A DNA stretch of 64,000 bases from Octopus sinensis (Eukaryota), in NCBI RefSeq assembly GCF_006345805.1, contig NW_021832227.1, positions 372,001-436,000 of the forward strand. Reading direction: 5' to 3'. Positions 27,478-39,081 of this stretch are shown here, piece after piece; the stretch's first letter is position 1; every line of letters starts with the position of its first letter. The notes beneath the pieces are model-generated. The model was not told the origin of the DNA, did no database searches, and saw only the letters and a list, made by a program, of their open reading frames with translations. The position numbers and the translations under genes are program-made.

Positions 27478-29760
27478 ACTTAGTTAGTTAATTAGTTAGT
27501 TAGTTATGTTACCCCGGCTTCACTAACACGTAGGAAGCCGGCTGCAATCAGGTAGCGAGACGCGAAGATCGGGCGCTCTCCAGAGATCCCGAATCCCAAT
27601 AGGCGGAGACAAGTGAGGCGGTCCAGGACAGGGGAAGAGGTCTTCGGGGGTGAAGGAACGGTATGTTTCGAAAATCAGTGGATGATGACCTGAGCGAATC
27701 TGAGCAAGCTGGACACGGAGATATCTGCCGAGTGATTGCTATGAGGAGTGGACCGGCGGGGGGGGGAGGAGTTGAGAAGTTTGTTGTTTTTGAGCATCCT
27801 GATAGCACGAGTGGAGATGTGGTCATGGATTAGTTTATTCGCAGTTTTCCCATTGTTGGTTGAGAGTATTTTTGATAGACATCTACATTGATCGGCCAGA
27901 GTAGAGATGATGATGTGTCTTTTGTTTTCTGGAATAGAAATTTTGTGACTTGGATGTGAAGAGTCTGTATTTCCTGTAGGAATTGGAGTCCTCTCATCGT
28001 CAAATGGTCATCGACCGGAAAGATACAGGACTCCCAATGGAGATGATCGATGGGAGTGGATGCAAGGCAGCCAGTTATTGTGCGTAGCCCTGAGTTTTGG
28101 ATTCTTTGGAGTTTTTGGAGGTTTGAATGAGACAAGTTCCATGACCATGCTGGACTAGCATAGTTCATTGATGTTCTAACAAATTGTTTGTAAACCAAAG
28201 TGAGGCATTCTTTGGCTTGGCCGTAAGTTTGTCCAGATAAGGCACGTAGTGTATTCAGTTTTCGTTTGGCTTTTGTGGAAATGAGCTCCACGTGTTGCGT
28301 GAAAGATAGGCATTGATCGAATACAACTCCAAGAATTTTCGGGTTTTTTATGACAGGAATTATTTCGCCGGCCACATCGAGGACTGGGTTTAGGTTGAAT
28401 TGTCTTTTATCAGATGTAAAAACAGTGATGGACGATTTGGACGCAGAAGGAGTCATATGGTTAGATCCTAGCCATTTGGTCAGAGAGTCTAGATGAGTTT
28501 GAAGTGAGTTTGTTGCAGCTTCGATGGAATTGTTTCTTGAAGCAATCACTATGTCGTCTGCGTACGAGAGGAGTAGTGTTTCCGAATTAGTAGGCATATC
28601 ACTGAGGTGTAGATTGAAGAGGGCTGGAGAGAGACAGGAGCCCTGAGGGACCCCATTAGGTAAGTACCGGAATCGGGAGTTTTTTGACCCGAATTTTGTC
28701 TGAGCCAGTCTACCAGATAAGAAGCTACACAGCCAGATTTTCAGATGATGGGGAATAGGAGAAGAGTGAATTTTTGAGCTCAGGACATGTCGTGAAGTTC
28801 GGTCAAAAGCCTTACTGATATCAATTGAGGCCAGGATAGTTCGATGGGGAGGGGAGTAGTTATTAAATCCGTCTGCGATGCATCTTGTTAGATAAGATAG
28901 GTGTGTAGTTGTTGAGTGCTGCGGACGGAAGCCATGCTGTGACTTTGATAGAGTGAGGAAAGGGTAGATTGAATTCAGGACAAATTTTTCGAGGATTTTT
29001 GATAGGACAGAGATGAGTGAGATTGGCCTGAACGAGGCGGGGTCGCAGGGGTCTTTGTTGGGCTTCAGAATTGGAATGATAACAGATTTTTTCCAGACCA
29101 TGGGTATTAGTCCTGAGTTTAGCGAAGTTTTGAAGATATCTGTCAGAGCATTTAACCCATTTTGGCCAAGGTTTTTCAAATGGTATATGGAAAGACCATC
29201 CGGTCCACAGGCGTGAGAATTCTTAGCGTTCTCGATAAGTTGACTTATTTCAGAAGTTGATATTGTGATTTCTGGAGAGGGGAAGTTTTTGTTAAGTTTG
29301 AGTTTTCGGCATCGGTTATCTTTGTCCATCCCCATGTGACTGATTTTTGCATAGTGATTCATGATGGTGTTTGCCTGTTCTCTGAACGATTTCGTTTGTC
29401 TTTTATTGTTTAGACCAGAGGCGTGTGAATCTGTATTGGCTGATTGTGATTGATGGATTCCTTTAAGAACTCTCCAGAAATGCGAGAGCTTGGTTCTGTG
29501 ATCAAGAGACGAGATGAATTCGGACCATTTATTTTTCTTATGCTTTGAGATCATCTGGTTGATTTTCTCGTTGAGGACTGACAGTTCATGCATGTTAGTG
29601 TGGTTGGTCTTTTTCAATAAGCTTCTTTTTTGAATGAGTTCTACTATTTCTCGGTTAAACAATGGTTTTGCATGTTTGTGGAATCCTTTAGGCACGTGTC
29701 TCTTGTCGGCCGCCAATAGTTTCGAAGTGAAGAATTGGATAGCGGAGTCCAGTGAGCTAT
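27478..29760 (-). mobile_element. 5'-truncated I-group (Vingi/Ingi-like) LINE with RT ORF, 3' stem-loop and (AACT)n tail
   Basis: 628-aa ORF with FRPISL, IDISKAFD, PQGSCLSP, SYADD and KILGVVFD; 3' hairpin ccggcttc..gaagccgg then a taac-repeat tail. Confidence 0.88.
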
Positions 29761-29982
29761 GGGCTGCTGTTGAGTTTTTCTGAAACTTGATTCAATTATG
29801 CTAAAGAATGTAGCTAAATATAAAAAATACAAGTAATGTAAATTTTTCTATAGTTTTGTAAGATAGATAAAATTAATAAGTATCATATTTAAATTTATAG
29901 GAATTATTACTGCGCATAAAAATAAACAACCATGTTTTTAATTGTTAGAATAATTCTTGCCCACCGAAAATCATGTCGCATT

Positions 29983-30170
29983 GTCGCTTCTCGGCCTTTT
30001 GGCTAAGATCAAAGTGTAGTATCTGTTCTTTCCAGCTTTATATCTGGGACGCCCTTACACGGGGCAAGATATAATGCTTATTTTTGTGCCTTGGTATGTG
30101 TTGCGAAGCTTGCTTCCTCCATACCACGCGTCCTCCCGGTATTGCAGTACTTCTGGGTTGGGCGCATTCC
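29983..30170 (+). ncRNA. U2: U2 spliceosomal snRNA
   Basis: gtcgcttctcggccttttggctaagatcaaagtgtagtatctgttctt 5' domain with branch-recognition GTAGTA, stem IIa ttccag/ctggga, IIc complement agatataa, Sm site atttttg and loop IV attgcagt. Confidence 0.97.
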
Positions 30171-30425
30171 CTCTTGGGAGTTTTTATTCTATCAACGTGG
30201 TTAGCAAATCTCTAGTTTTTATTTATCATTTCTTTACTTTCTAAGCACTAAGACACACGTTATATGATGCCATTGACGTCTACGTTCTAGGGATCTTAGC
30301 GGGTGTAACTTAAAAATCACGACAGTCCTTCGCGAGGTCTCTGTGCTGAGTCCCACACTTTTTAATGTCTTTATGGCTTCCGCGCCCATACCAGTCAATA
30401 CTCGTACTGAAATGGTGATCTATGC

Positions 30426-32338
30426 CAGGGGTCGGCAAAAGCAGGCTCGCGAGCCTTTGAAGGCTCTTTAACTCTTACGGTAGGCTCTTTCAATTTTTAA
30501 CTATTTTTTATGTTGTTAATAACAAAAAATCTTTGCACGTTTAACATTAATTTTTTGTGGTACATCGATATATGCCTAGCACGGGGGTGTCAAAGATACG
30601 GCCCCCGGGCCAGAGCTGGCCCGCGGACGATCTCAAATGGCCCGCGGTAAAAGTTTAAAAGTGTATTTAAAATCTAAAATTATTATTTAACACCAAATAA
30701 AAATACAAGAATCTAGATTCTAGAATATAAATAAAAATAAAAAAATTATTGCTCATGAATACAATAATTTGATGGGAAAAATTAGAAAAGAGAAGTACGA
30801 TGCACTACTTGCATGTTTGCGGAATCAGCAATCTTCTTTTTCCAAATTTCGAGATGATAGTGAGCCAGCTGTTAAAGCTAGCTACGTTATTTCTCGGGAA
30901 ATAGCGTTAGCATCAAAACCTTATACTGATGGTGATTTTATAAAAACATGTATTATGAAAGCTACTGAAATCATATGTCTATTAATCGGCCTGATTTCAC
31001 AAGCATTAGCCTTACAAGAAATACTGTAGAAAATAGGATTTCAGATCTTTCCACTGATTTGCACAATCAACTCAAGACGAAAATTAGTTCATTCATTACT
31101 TTTTCCATTGCTATTGACGAGAGCACTGACATTATGGATGTGGTTCAGTTAGCTATATTCATTCGTGGTGTGGACGAGAATTTGGCGTTGTGGCTCAATT
31201 CAGAGAGAAGGTACAGGCTGTAAAGGGCGCGGAAGAAATGAGTTTGACACCCCTGGCCTAGCAAGAAAAAAATTAATAAAAAATCGATAATGCGCGATAG
31301 CAATAGATGAATCATGTGATATAAATGACATTGCACAAGTATCATTGTTCATGTCATACTTAGGTGTCTCTGTTTGTTCGTTATGTGTCTCGAGGTTTCC
31401 TGAGGCAAGAACTTTTGGCATTATTGCCTCTAAAGGGTCAAACCCGTGGTGAAGATCTTGTTGGCGCAGTCGTAGAATATTTTGAAACGAATTATATTCC
31501 CCTTAATAAAATCGTTTCAATTTCAACTGACGGTGCTGAAAGCATGCTGGGATCGAGAAAGGGATTTATAACTTTAATTAAAAGAAGAATTGATCATGAA
31601 GTGATTACTCTACATTGTATTATCCACCAAGAGGCACTATCTGCGCAAACGTTTAAGGATTTTAGAAAAGAAAAAGCAACACTATCGTTCGTTATAAATC
31701 CTCTACGTGCTAAAGTCAGCAATTTAAATTTATTGCCATTTGAAATCAACGCAGCTGAGTTCGAAATGCAGCTATTGGACTTGACATGTAAGGAATTATG
31801 GGCATCAAAATTTATTCGCCTTTCAGAATTACTTGAAACCTTGGAACAGAAACATTGTCTGGTAAAATTAAGAATGATATTAATGTTATACAAAAGAAAC
31901 TGGAAGATGTGATTCTCGAAACTTGGAATTCTCTTCCAGATTCTTATTATGAATTAAAAAAATTTGCATACGGAATTTTGACAATATTCGGGTCCACTTA
32001 TATGTGTGAACAAAGTTTTCTCATATGAATTATATAAAATTGAAATTAAGGAACAAAATTACAGATTCGAATTTGGAATCTAACCTCAGATTAAAATTAA
32101 CGACTTACGACCCAGACATTAACCAACTCTCCAAAGAAATGAGGAATCACATTTCTCATTAATGCGTCTAATTAATTTAATTTTTTAAAATGAATTTTTA
32201 ATTATTTTTTAAATTAATGTTTATTTAATTTTATGAATTTAAATTTTTGACAAGTGGTAAAAGGTGGCTCTTCAATTTTTCGAAATTTCCAAAAATGTTC
32301 AAAATTGGCTCTTCTCCAAAAGTATTTGCCGACCCCTG
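30426..32338 (+). mobile_element. hAT (Buster group, GTF2IRD2/SPIN-like) defective transposon with a 25-nt intron at 31339-31363
   Basis: TIRs caggggtcggcaaa/tttgccgacccctg, 8-bp TSD atctatgc, motifs AIDES, ISTDGA, LHCIIHQEAL and FGSTYMCEQ. Confidence 0.93.
30582..31255 (+). mobile_element. Nested internally deleted hAT (Buster group)
   Basis: TIRs cgggggtgtcaaa/tttgacacccctg, 8-bp TSD gcctagca, FSIAIDESTDI..QLAIFIRG. Confidence 0.9.
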
Positions 32339-33029
32339 ATCTATGCAGACGACATCATCCTCTGGGATCTCTCAATGAAACCTGAGTGTGCGTGTCGTAG
32401 ACTACGTGTCGTGTCGCTGTGGATGGACTCGTAAACTAGTGTGAGAGTAGGGGTCTAAAGATGCGTGCGGACAAGTGAAGTGTCCTCGAAGTCTGTAAAA
32501 GGACGAGAAGTTATACAAATTACGTCCCTAGGTTATTGCTGAACGGGTCAGCAATTGCTGCAGTTGACCGGATTATTTATTTAGGCGTGCTCTTAAAGCC
32601 GTCCGGTAAGTTGGATCATCACATTCCACGTACAAAAATGCGTGCAATGCAGCGACTAGGCGTGTTGCGTGCTTTCCGCCTGCGGAGAGGTGCCTGGCTA
32701 CGCGTGTTTAACGCCATGGTGTGACCCGTGTTGACCTATAGCGTACATGCCTGGCACTTCTGCGAGGACAGGGAAAAGAACGTTGACACGCTCAAGAAAG
32801 TCAGAAGCCCATCGTTTAGGATTGGCGAGAGGAGCTCTCGTACGCCTAGGAATTATCTCTCAAAGGCTTCCCTGAGATCCTAGAGAAGATAATGACTGGG
32901 TGGTAGGTAAGGTGGCAAGTCTTAACTTGTAACTAGAAGAGCCAGCTCGCCTCGCTAAGCGCCAGAAACGAGTACATATTTCGACCTCTTCCTCTCCTCC
33001 GCAAGCGTATCCTGAAGAACATGCTGTCC

Positions 33030-33480
33030 AAGGCAATAGCCTCTCGGAAAAAAAAATCCACACAGGTCACGTTCCAAACGAATGACCCACCTCCCATGAA
33101 AGGGAACGTAATCATCCGTCGAGACGTTTCCCGTCGTTCCGAAGGAGTCCAACATATTCCAGTGTATACAGGAATCCAGCGGAATCCAAAACCCTCTTCA
33201 TGACATTATTGAGAAATGCATGTCGCGGGAAACGGTCAGCACTCTTCTTGCATGACAACGCGTGTAACCCGCTTTTTGAGATTATCGATCCACACCGACA
33301 ACGGTGGGGTTGGCATATATCCAATCCCAGTCGTAAACACACGCCGATACGAACGGCTTCGTCCTCCAGGAGCAGACCATTAGACGCCAGTGGGAGAGCA
33401 TTTTACGTTCCACTAAATGAGAACATCTGATGGCATCCCAACTCTTCTGTATGGAAGAAATCTCTGGGAGTTCAAGTCCG
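33030..33480 (-). mobile_element. CRE-clade retrotransposon 3' remnant
   Basis: LRLGLDICQPHRCRCG..GLHALSC..PRHAFLN..KRLDG, homologous to ORF 58194-61091. Confidence 0.85.
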
Positions 33481-34225
33481 AGCATCCTGGACAACCCGCA
33501 CATTGACGTATCGTCGTCATCAAAGTGGCTGAAATTATAAGAATAACTCTCCAATCAGGAAGGTTATTTTCATATTTGCAAAATAGAAACTTTTAATGGT
33601 CAAAGGAAACAATGTAACCACTGTAAAAGTAAGGCAATGACCGTTAACCATTTATCCACAAAGTATAGGAGTATGCTTTACCATGATTACACATGGAGGC
33701 ATAACGAAATGGTGAGGTCTCTCCATTCTCTGCTCTGCAATAAGTATGGCTTGAGGCGGTCCAGAAAGTTGCGAACTTATCAAGTTTAATCGGTTTATGA
33801 GAACTCGAAGGTTTACTTCAAGATGGATACTCTTATACGCACCTTGAGTTTTGTCCAGCACAACAAACCCCATATTGTGTCCCAGGACAAAAACATCGGA
33901 AGGATTGTTATCGTAGACGTGTGCATCACGTGCCTAGCCCGTTTGCAGACACTAAAAGTGAAGAAAAAGAGAAAGTATAACCTCCTTGCAAACGAGCTAT
34001 GGCTGATGCACCGTAGCAAAATCCATATTATTCTGTGTGATGACATGGGATGAACGGGTCACCAAATACCATAAGCGGTACTTAAGACAGATGGGTGTAG
34101 ATAAGGTTTATATGCAGTCAACTGTTCTTAAGAGGACTCTGCAGAGTGTCTCGTTTGATGCTCGCCGATCCAGCCCTTTCCTGATACTGGAATTAGTTAA
34201 AAAATTACTTAGTTAATTAGTTCCT
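33481..34225 (+). mobile_element. Degenerate 3' copy of the R4/Dong-like element at 35995-37775
   Basis: High nucleotide similarity (ggacaacccgcacattgacgtatcgtcgtcatc...) and the same 3' UTR ttacttagttaattagtt. Confidence 0.85.
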
Positions 34226-35994
34226 TAAATTAATTTGGAGTAGCTGCCATTTTAAGCTATTATTACGTCTCTTTAAATTGCATTTTGATTTTACCTTGCC
34301 TGGAATTTCAATGTGAATATGCTTAAAAGTTTAAGAATGTTAGTATTAGAATTTATTCAAAAGTTATTCTAAGTTTTGTTGGAAAATGTCTTCATAATCA
34401 CGTTAGCTCAATGATCCTCGTCTCCTGGAATTTTTTTCCTCTTGGGAGAGCTTTCCACCAACGCACCATCAGCACTTTCATTCTCCGAACACAAGATTTT
34501 CCCGTTTGCTTCATCCGAGGGGTCCTCGCAAGATTGATTTGCCACTTCAGCCAACTGACTGGTTGCCGTAATGAATTCCTCTTGAGACGTATGGATTCCA
34601 TGCCTATGTTCCACCACAATTGCCTCCAATGTCTTCTTCATGACAAGTCCCTGAATGTACGTTCTTGTCGGGCCTTCAACGGATAACTTCTCCATATAGG
34701 CTTTGTAACACGTTGAAACCACCCCGTCCCACGTCAGCACAATCGGAATAATTCGGACTGGTGCCCCTTAAAGCATCTTTAGTTCTCCAGCCAGCAAATC
34801 GTACTTATGCAGTTTCTCAACTTTGGTTTGTTTGAGTCTCTCCTGCGATGTAATCCCCACCTCAATTATGGTGATCTCATTCTTCAATCTGTCATAGATA
34901 AAGATATCTGGCTTATTGAACTGAACTTGCGTATCAGTCAATATTGGCGTATCTACTCTTATCTCAACATTTCGAGTCGATAAACTAGATTGTACTGAGT
35001 GAGACTTTAGTTTCCCAGTTTTCTTTATTCCAAACTGTCTGCATACGTGCAAATGGATGCATCTCACAACCTCATTGTGCCTTCTCACATAGTCACTGTT
35101 TAGCATTCTGTTGCACCGTGTAGCCTTGTGGTCTACTGTCTTCTTAGCTTTTTTGCAATGATCACACAGCGCACCACGCGCAGAAGAAAAAAACAAATTT
35201 CTATCTTGCAAGAGGCAATACAAAGCTTCACTTCTTGGTGTATTGTTCCCTTTGTACAGCCACTCGCTAGACATTTTGAGGTCGGAGTTAGAGTCTTCTT
35301 TAAACCTGAACAGGACTGAATGGAGTAACTTGTTCTTTATTTTGTTGGACAAATATTGTACATGAGCCTCTCTCAGGGATTTGTCAGTGATAGATTGTTT
35401 ATCAGTCAATCCGTATTTAGAGGAAAGAAATCCTGCGATTGTCGCCATATGCGGTTTTTCTTTTTAATAACCCGCAGGATCCCCGACCTCCTGAGACAGA
35501 TAGCCGACTTCTTCTCAAAGGTTTCCAGAAAATGAAGCAGCATTAGTTCACTTTTAAAAGCAATTGATGTCAACCCCCTTCCCATGCACTTTCTTGAGAG
35601 GTATAGCCGCTCTTTATTGGCTGGCTTCAGGTGTATTTTCAGTGTTGTAAGTAATCTTCGTATTTGGAGATCAATATCGTCAAATTCGAAAGGTTCAGTA
35701 TTGATTAGCCCAATGTAGTAAATTACTACATTCGTAACAAAACTCTTTGTTGTGCAAATAAATCTGTTAACCAATGTCCGGTTATACAAAGAAAAGGTTT
35801 ATTTGCTGTGGTAGCCGTCCAAATATCAATTGTCAGGGACAAAAATTTGATAGAATCGATATCATTTGTAATCGTTGCTTTAACATTTTTGAAAATTTCA
35901 GGAATAATATTTTCCGAAAAATATTTTCTGGAGGGAATACAATAATTTGGAATAATATGATTTAGTAATCGAATGAAACCAATATCACCAACAA

Positions 35995-37775
35995 TTCAAT
36001 TATTATTAAAAAAGAAACTAATTAACTAAGTAATTTTGCTAACTAAGTCCAGAGCCTTCAAAGTGAGCAGAAGGTGGCACTCCACGCACCTCCTCCCCTT
36101 CTTCCTCCTCTTCTCTGGCACTGTAGACCTTCGAGAAGGTGCAGTCCAGCGCCTCTTGCTGACTAAACGTCAGGAAAGGGCTGGATCGGCGAGCATCAAA
36201 CGAGACACTTTCCAGAGTCCTCTTAAGAACAGTTGACTGTATATAAGCCTGTAGAGACTTATCTACATCCAACTGTCTTAAGTACCGCTTGTGGTATTTG
36301 GTGACCAGTCCATCCCATGTCATCACACACGGGATGACATGGACTTTGCACTGGTGCATCAGTCCTAGCTCGTTTGCAAGGAGGTCATACTTCCTCCTTT
36401 TCTCCACTTCCACTATCTGCAAACGGTCTAGGCACGTGATGCCCACCTCCACGATAACAATCTCCCCGGTGTCCTTATCGTGGACCACAATGTCGGGTCT
36501 GTTGTGCTGGACAACAATCGAGGTGCGTATGGGGGTATCCACCTTAATGCACACCCGCGAGTTCTTACACACCGATTGAACTCGATGGGTTCGCAACTTT
36601 CTGGACCGCCTCAAGCCATACTTATTGCAGAGCAGAAGATGGAGGGACCTCACCACCTCGTTATGCCTCCATGTGTAATCATGGTAAAGCATACTCCCGC
36701 ACTTCGTGGCTAAATGGTCAACGGTCATTGCCTTACTCTTACAGTGGTTACACTGTTTCCGTTGACCATTAAAAAAGTTTCTATCCTGCAAATATGAGAA
36801 CAACCCTTCTGATCGGGGAGAGTTATTCCCATATTTCAGCCACGTAGATGACGACGATACGTCAATGTGCGGGTTGTCCAGGCTGCTAAAGAGAGTCTTG
36901 TGAAGGACTTTTAAGTTGATCTTTTTAATTAAAGACTCCTTTTGAAGTTTAATCAACTCCTTCACATTAACTTGGGTAGCACCTAGACCATACTTAGCCG
37001 ACACATAGCCTTTTATGGTCCCTAGGTGTGTACCACGCGCTTTTTCAGCAGCAAGGATGGCAGCCTTCCTTTGGGATATACTCGACCCACTCCACAAGGT
37101 GTCGTGCATCTTAGTAAGAATTCGCTCACTTAAGTGTACGATGTTACTCAGTCCACGTCCTAGCTGCCCGCGAGACAAGTACAATCTCTCCTTATTGCTT
37201 GCCAACACGTGGACATGATTCTCTCGGAGTACTCTTCGGACAATAAGGTCCATTTCATCGTACTCACTCGGCTCGAATTCGATCAGGCCAACGTAGTAGT
37301 TTAGCAATGAGATGGCGTACTCGTTCAAGGCATAAAATAAGTTCCGTGCATTAAGCCGAGTCTTACATAACATTGCCGCCCTACTACGCACACCCTCCAC
37401 TACACACTTTCTCGTTTCGGGTGTGATTAATGAGGCTGGACTCTCAACCACACCAAGATACTTATATCCTTGGTGTTCCTCCAAGACTTTGACTAGGTCA
37501 CCGCACACAGGGGTGTTAGTCGCCGACTTGTCGTAGTTGAGCTCCAACCCCACGGCCTTCATGAAACCTTTCAGGACTTTGCCCATCAAGTGGAGGATCT
37601 CTGAAGACCGAGCGAACAGCTTAATGTCGTCTATGAACATGAGATGGTTGGTGCTAAAACACCCTCCTTCATGTTCGATCGACATTTGTTCGAATTGGGC
37701 AGTGAGGACTCTACTCCGGTTCTAGGCAGAGGACGAACAGCAGCGGAGACATGCTGTCGCCCTGTAATATGCCCC
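35995..37775 (-). mobile_element. 5'-truncated R4/Dong-like retrotransposon with 17-bp TSD
   Basis: 548-aa ORF (FIDDIK, YKYLG, CCHC, RHN, RPDI, EVGIT); begins at GILQGDSMSP; TSD accaatatcaccaacaa at 35978-35994 and 37776-37792. Confidence 0.92.
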
Positions 37776-38097
37776 ACCAATATCACCAACAAATGAATAG
37801 GGTAATAAATTAACTGCAATCATTTCTCCAATTAATTTATGAATTATTTTTGATTTATGATCGTCAATATTCCACATATTTTTCTTTTCTATAACTTGAG
37901 TAAGTGTTAACTGCTTCAATTGAGCAAAAGGTCGTTTTTTCTGTAACACATTTGTTCTTCAGCTAATTGTTCACTATGATAAACCCTAAGATGATTTATC
38001 ATATTAGATGTTGTAAATGTCTTTCGCGTTCGTCCTCCTCTTGATATTAAAATATCGCATAATTTACATACGCAAAAAAACGAATTATCGTCTAAGA

Positions 38098-39081
38098 CAG
38101 AGGTTTCCAAGCTTTTTTTTACGCGCCTCCTTAGAGAAAAAGTACAATCTTGCGCCTCCCTTTATATTCCATAATATAATACAATTATTATTTTATCAAA
38201 AACAATTTTTTAAAACAAAAAGTTAATGAGATAATTTTTTTTCCATCTTGGCGCAAAGTTTTTCAAATCTTGGTGTCATCGCAGAGAGTGCTACTCTTAG
38301 CTCATTAGTCACTACTAAACGAGTTCGATATTTAGATTTAATTGCAGCTAGTGCAGAAAATCCAGTTTCGCATAAATATGAAGTAGCAAATGGCAACAAA
38401 ACTTTCATTGCTTTATTCGACAAAATTTCATATTCCGTTCTTACATTCAACCAAAAAGAAATTAGCGGTTCTCTCTCAAATTTTTGTTTCAATAATGTAT
38501 CGCATGACAATTCTATCAATTTTTCTTTTTCAAAAGTTGTCAATGCAAATTGATTATCTTCTTCATCAATAAATGGATTCTGTATCCATTCGAACATTTT
38601 ACAGTCGAGATCTTTAAAATAGTGAGCAAAATGCTTCAACAAACAATCCAAATGTTCAGCAAATATGTCTTTGTTTGCTTCAATGTTCACTATGGCGCAA
38701 AAGGTGTTTAAAAGTGGAAACATGTCATAGATATTTTTTTGTATATTTGATTTCCATAATACCAATTTTTTCATAAATGCTTTTATTTTGTCCTTTTGAG
38801 AGAATAAATGTAGTTGTGGTCCCTGCATTGATTTATTCAATATACTCAATTTCCCAAAAATGTCAACTAAATAGGCAAATTTGACAATAAAGTCATCATC
38901 CCTGAACAACTTTGCATCTTCAATATCATTTTCATCAAGAGATCCCTGAACAACTCATCCCTGAACAACTTTTACATAGATATAATTTTCTAAAAAATGT
39001 TTCTGAAATACTTTTCGCGCCTCCCTTGACACGAGTCAACGCCTCCCTAGGGAGGCGCGCCTCCCCATTTGGAAACCTCTG
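38098..39081 (-). mobile_element. hAT Buster/Charlie-type deletion derivative
   Basis: TIRs cagaggtttccaa/ttggaaacctctg, TSD gtctaaga, dimerisation domain LLPFATSYLCETGFS. Confidence 0.93.

Larger units (their letters stand above)
30280..33030 (+). mobile_element. Degenerate LINE RT interrupted inside its YADD motif by a hAT element
   Basis: VLSPTLFNVFM...MVIYA before 30426 continues as DDIILW after 32346, then IIYLGVLL. Confidence 0.8.
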
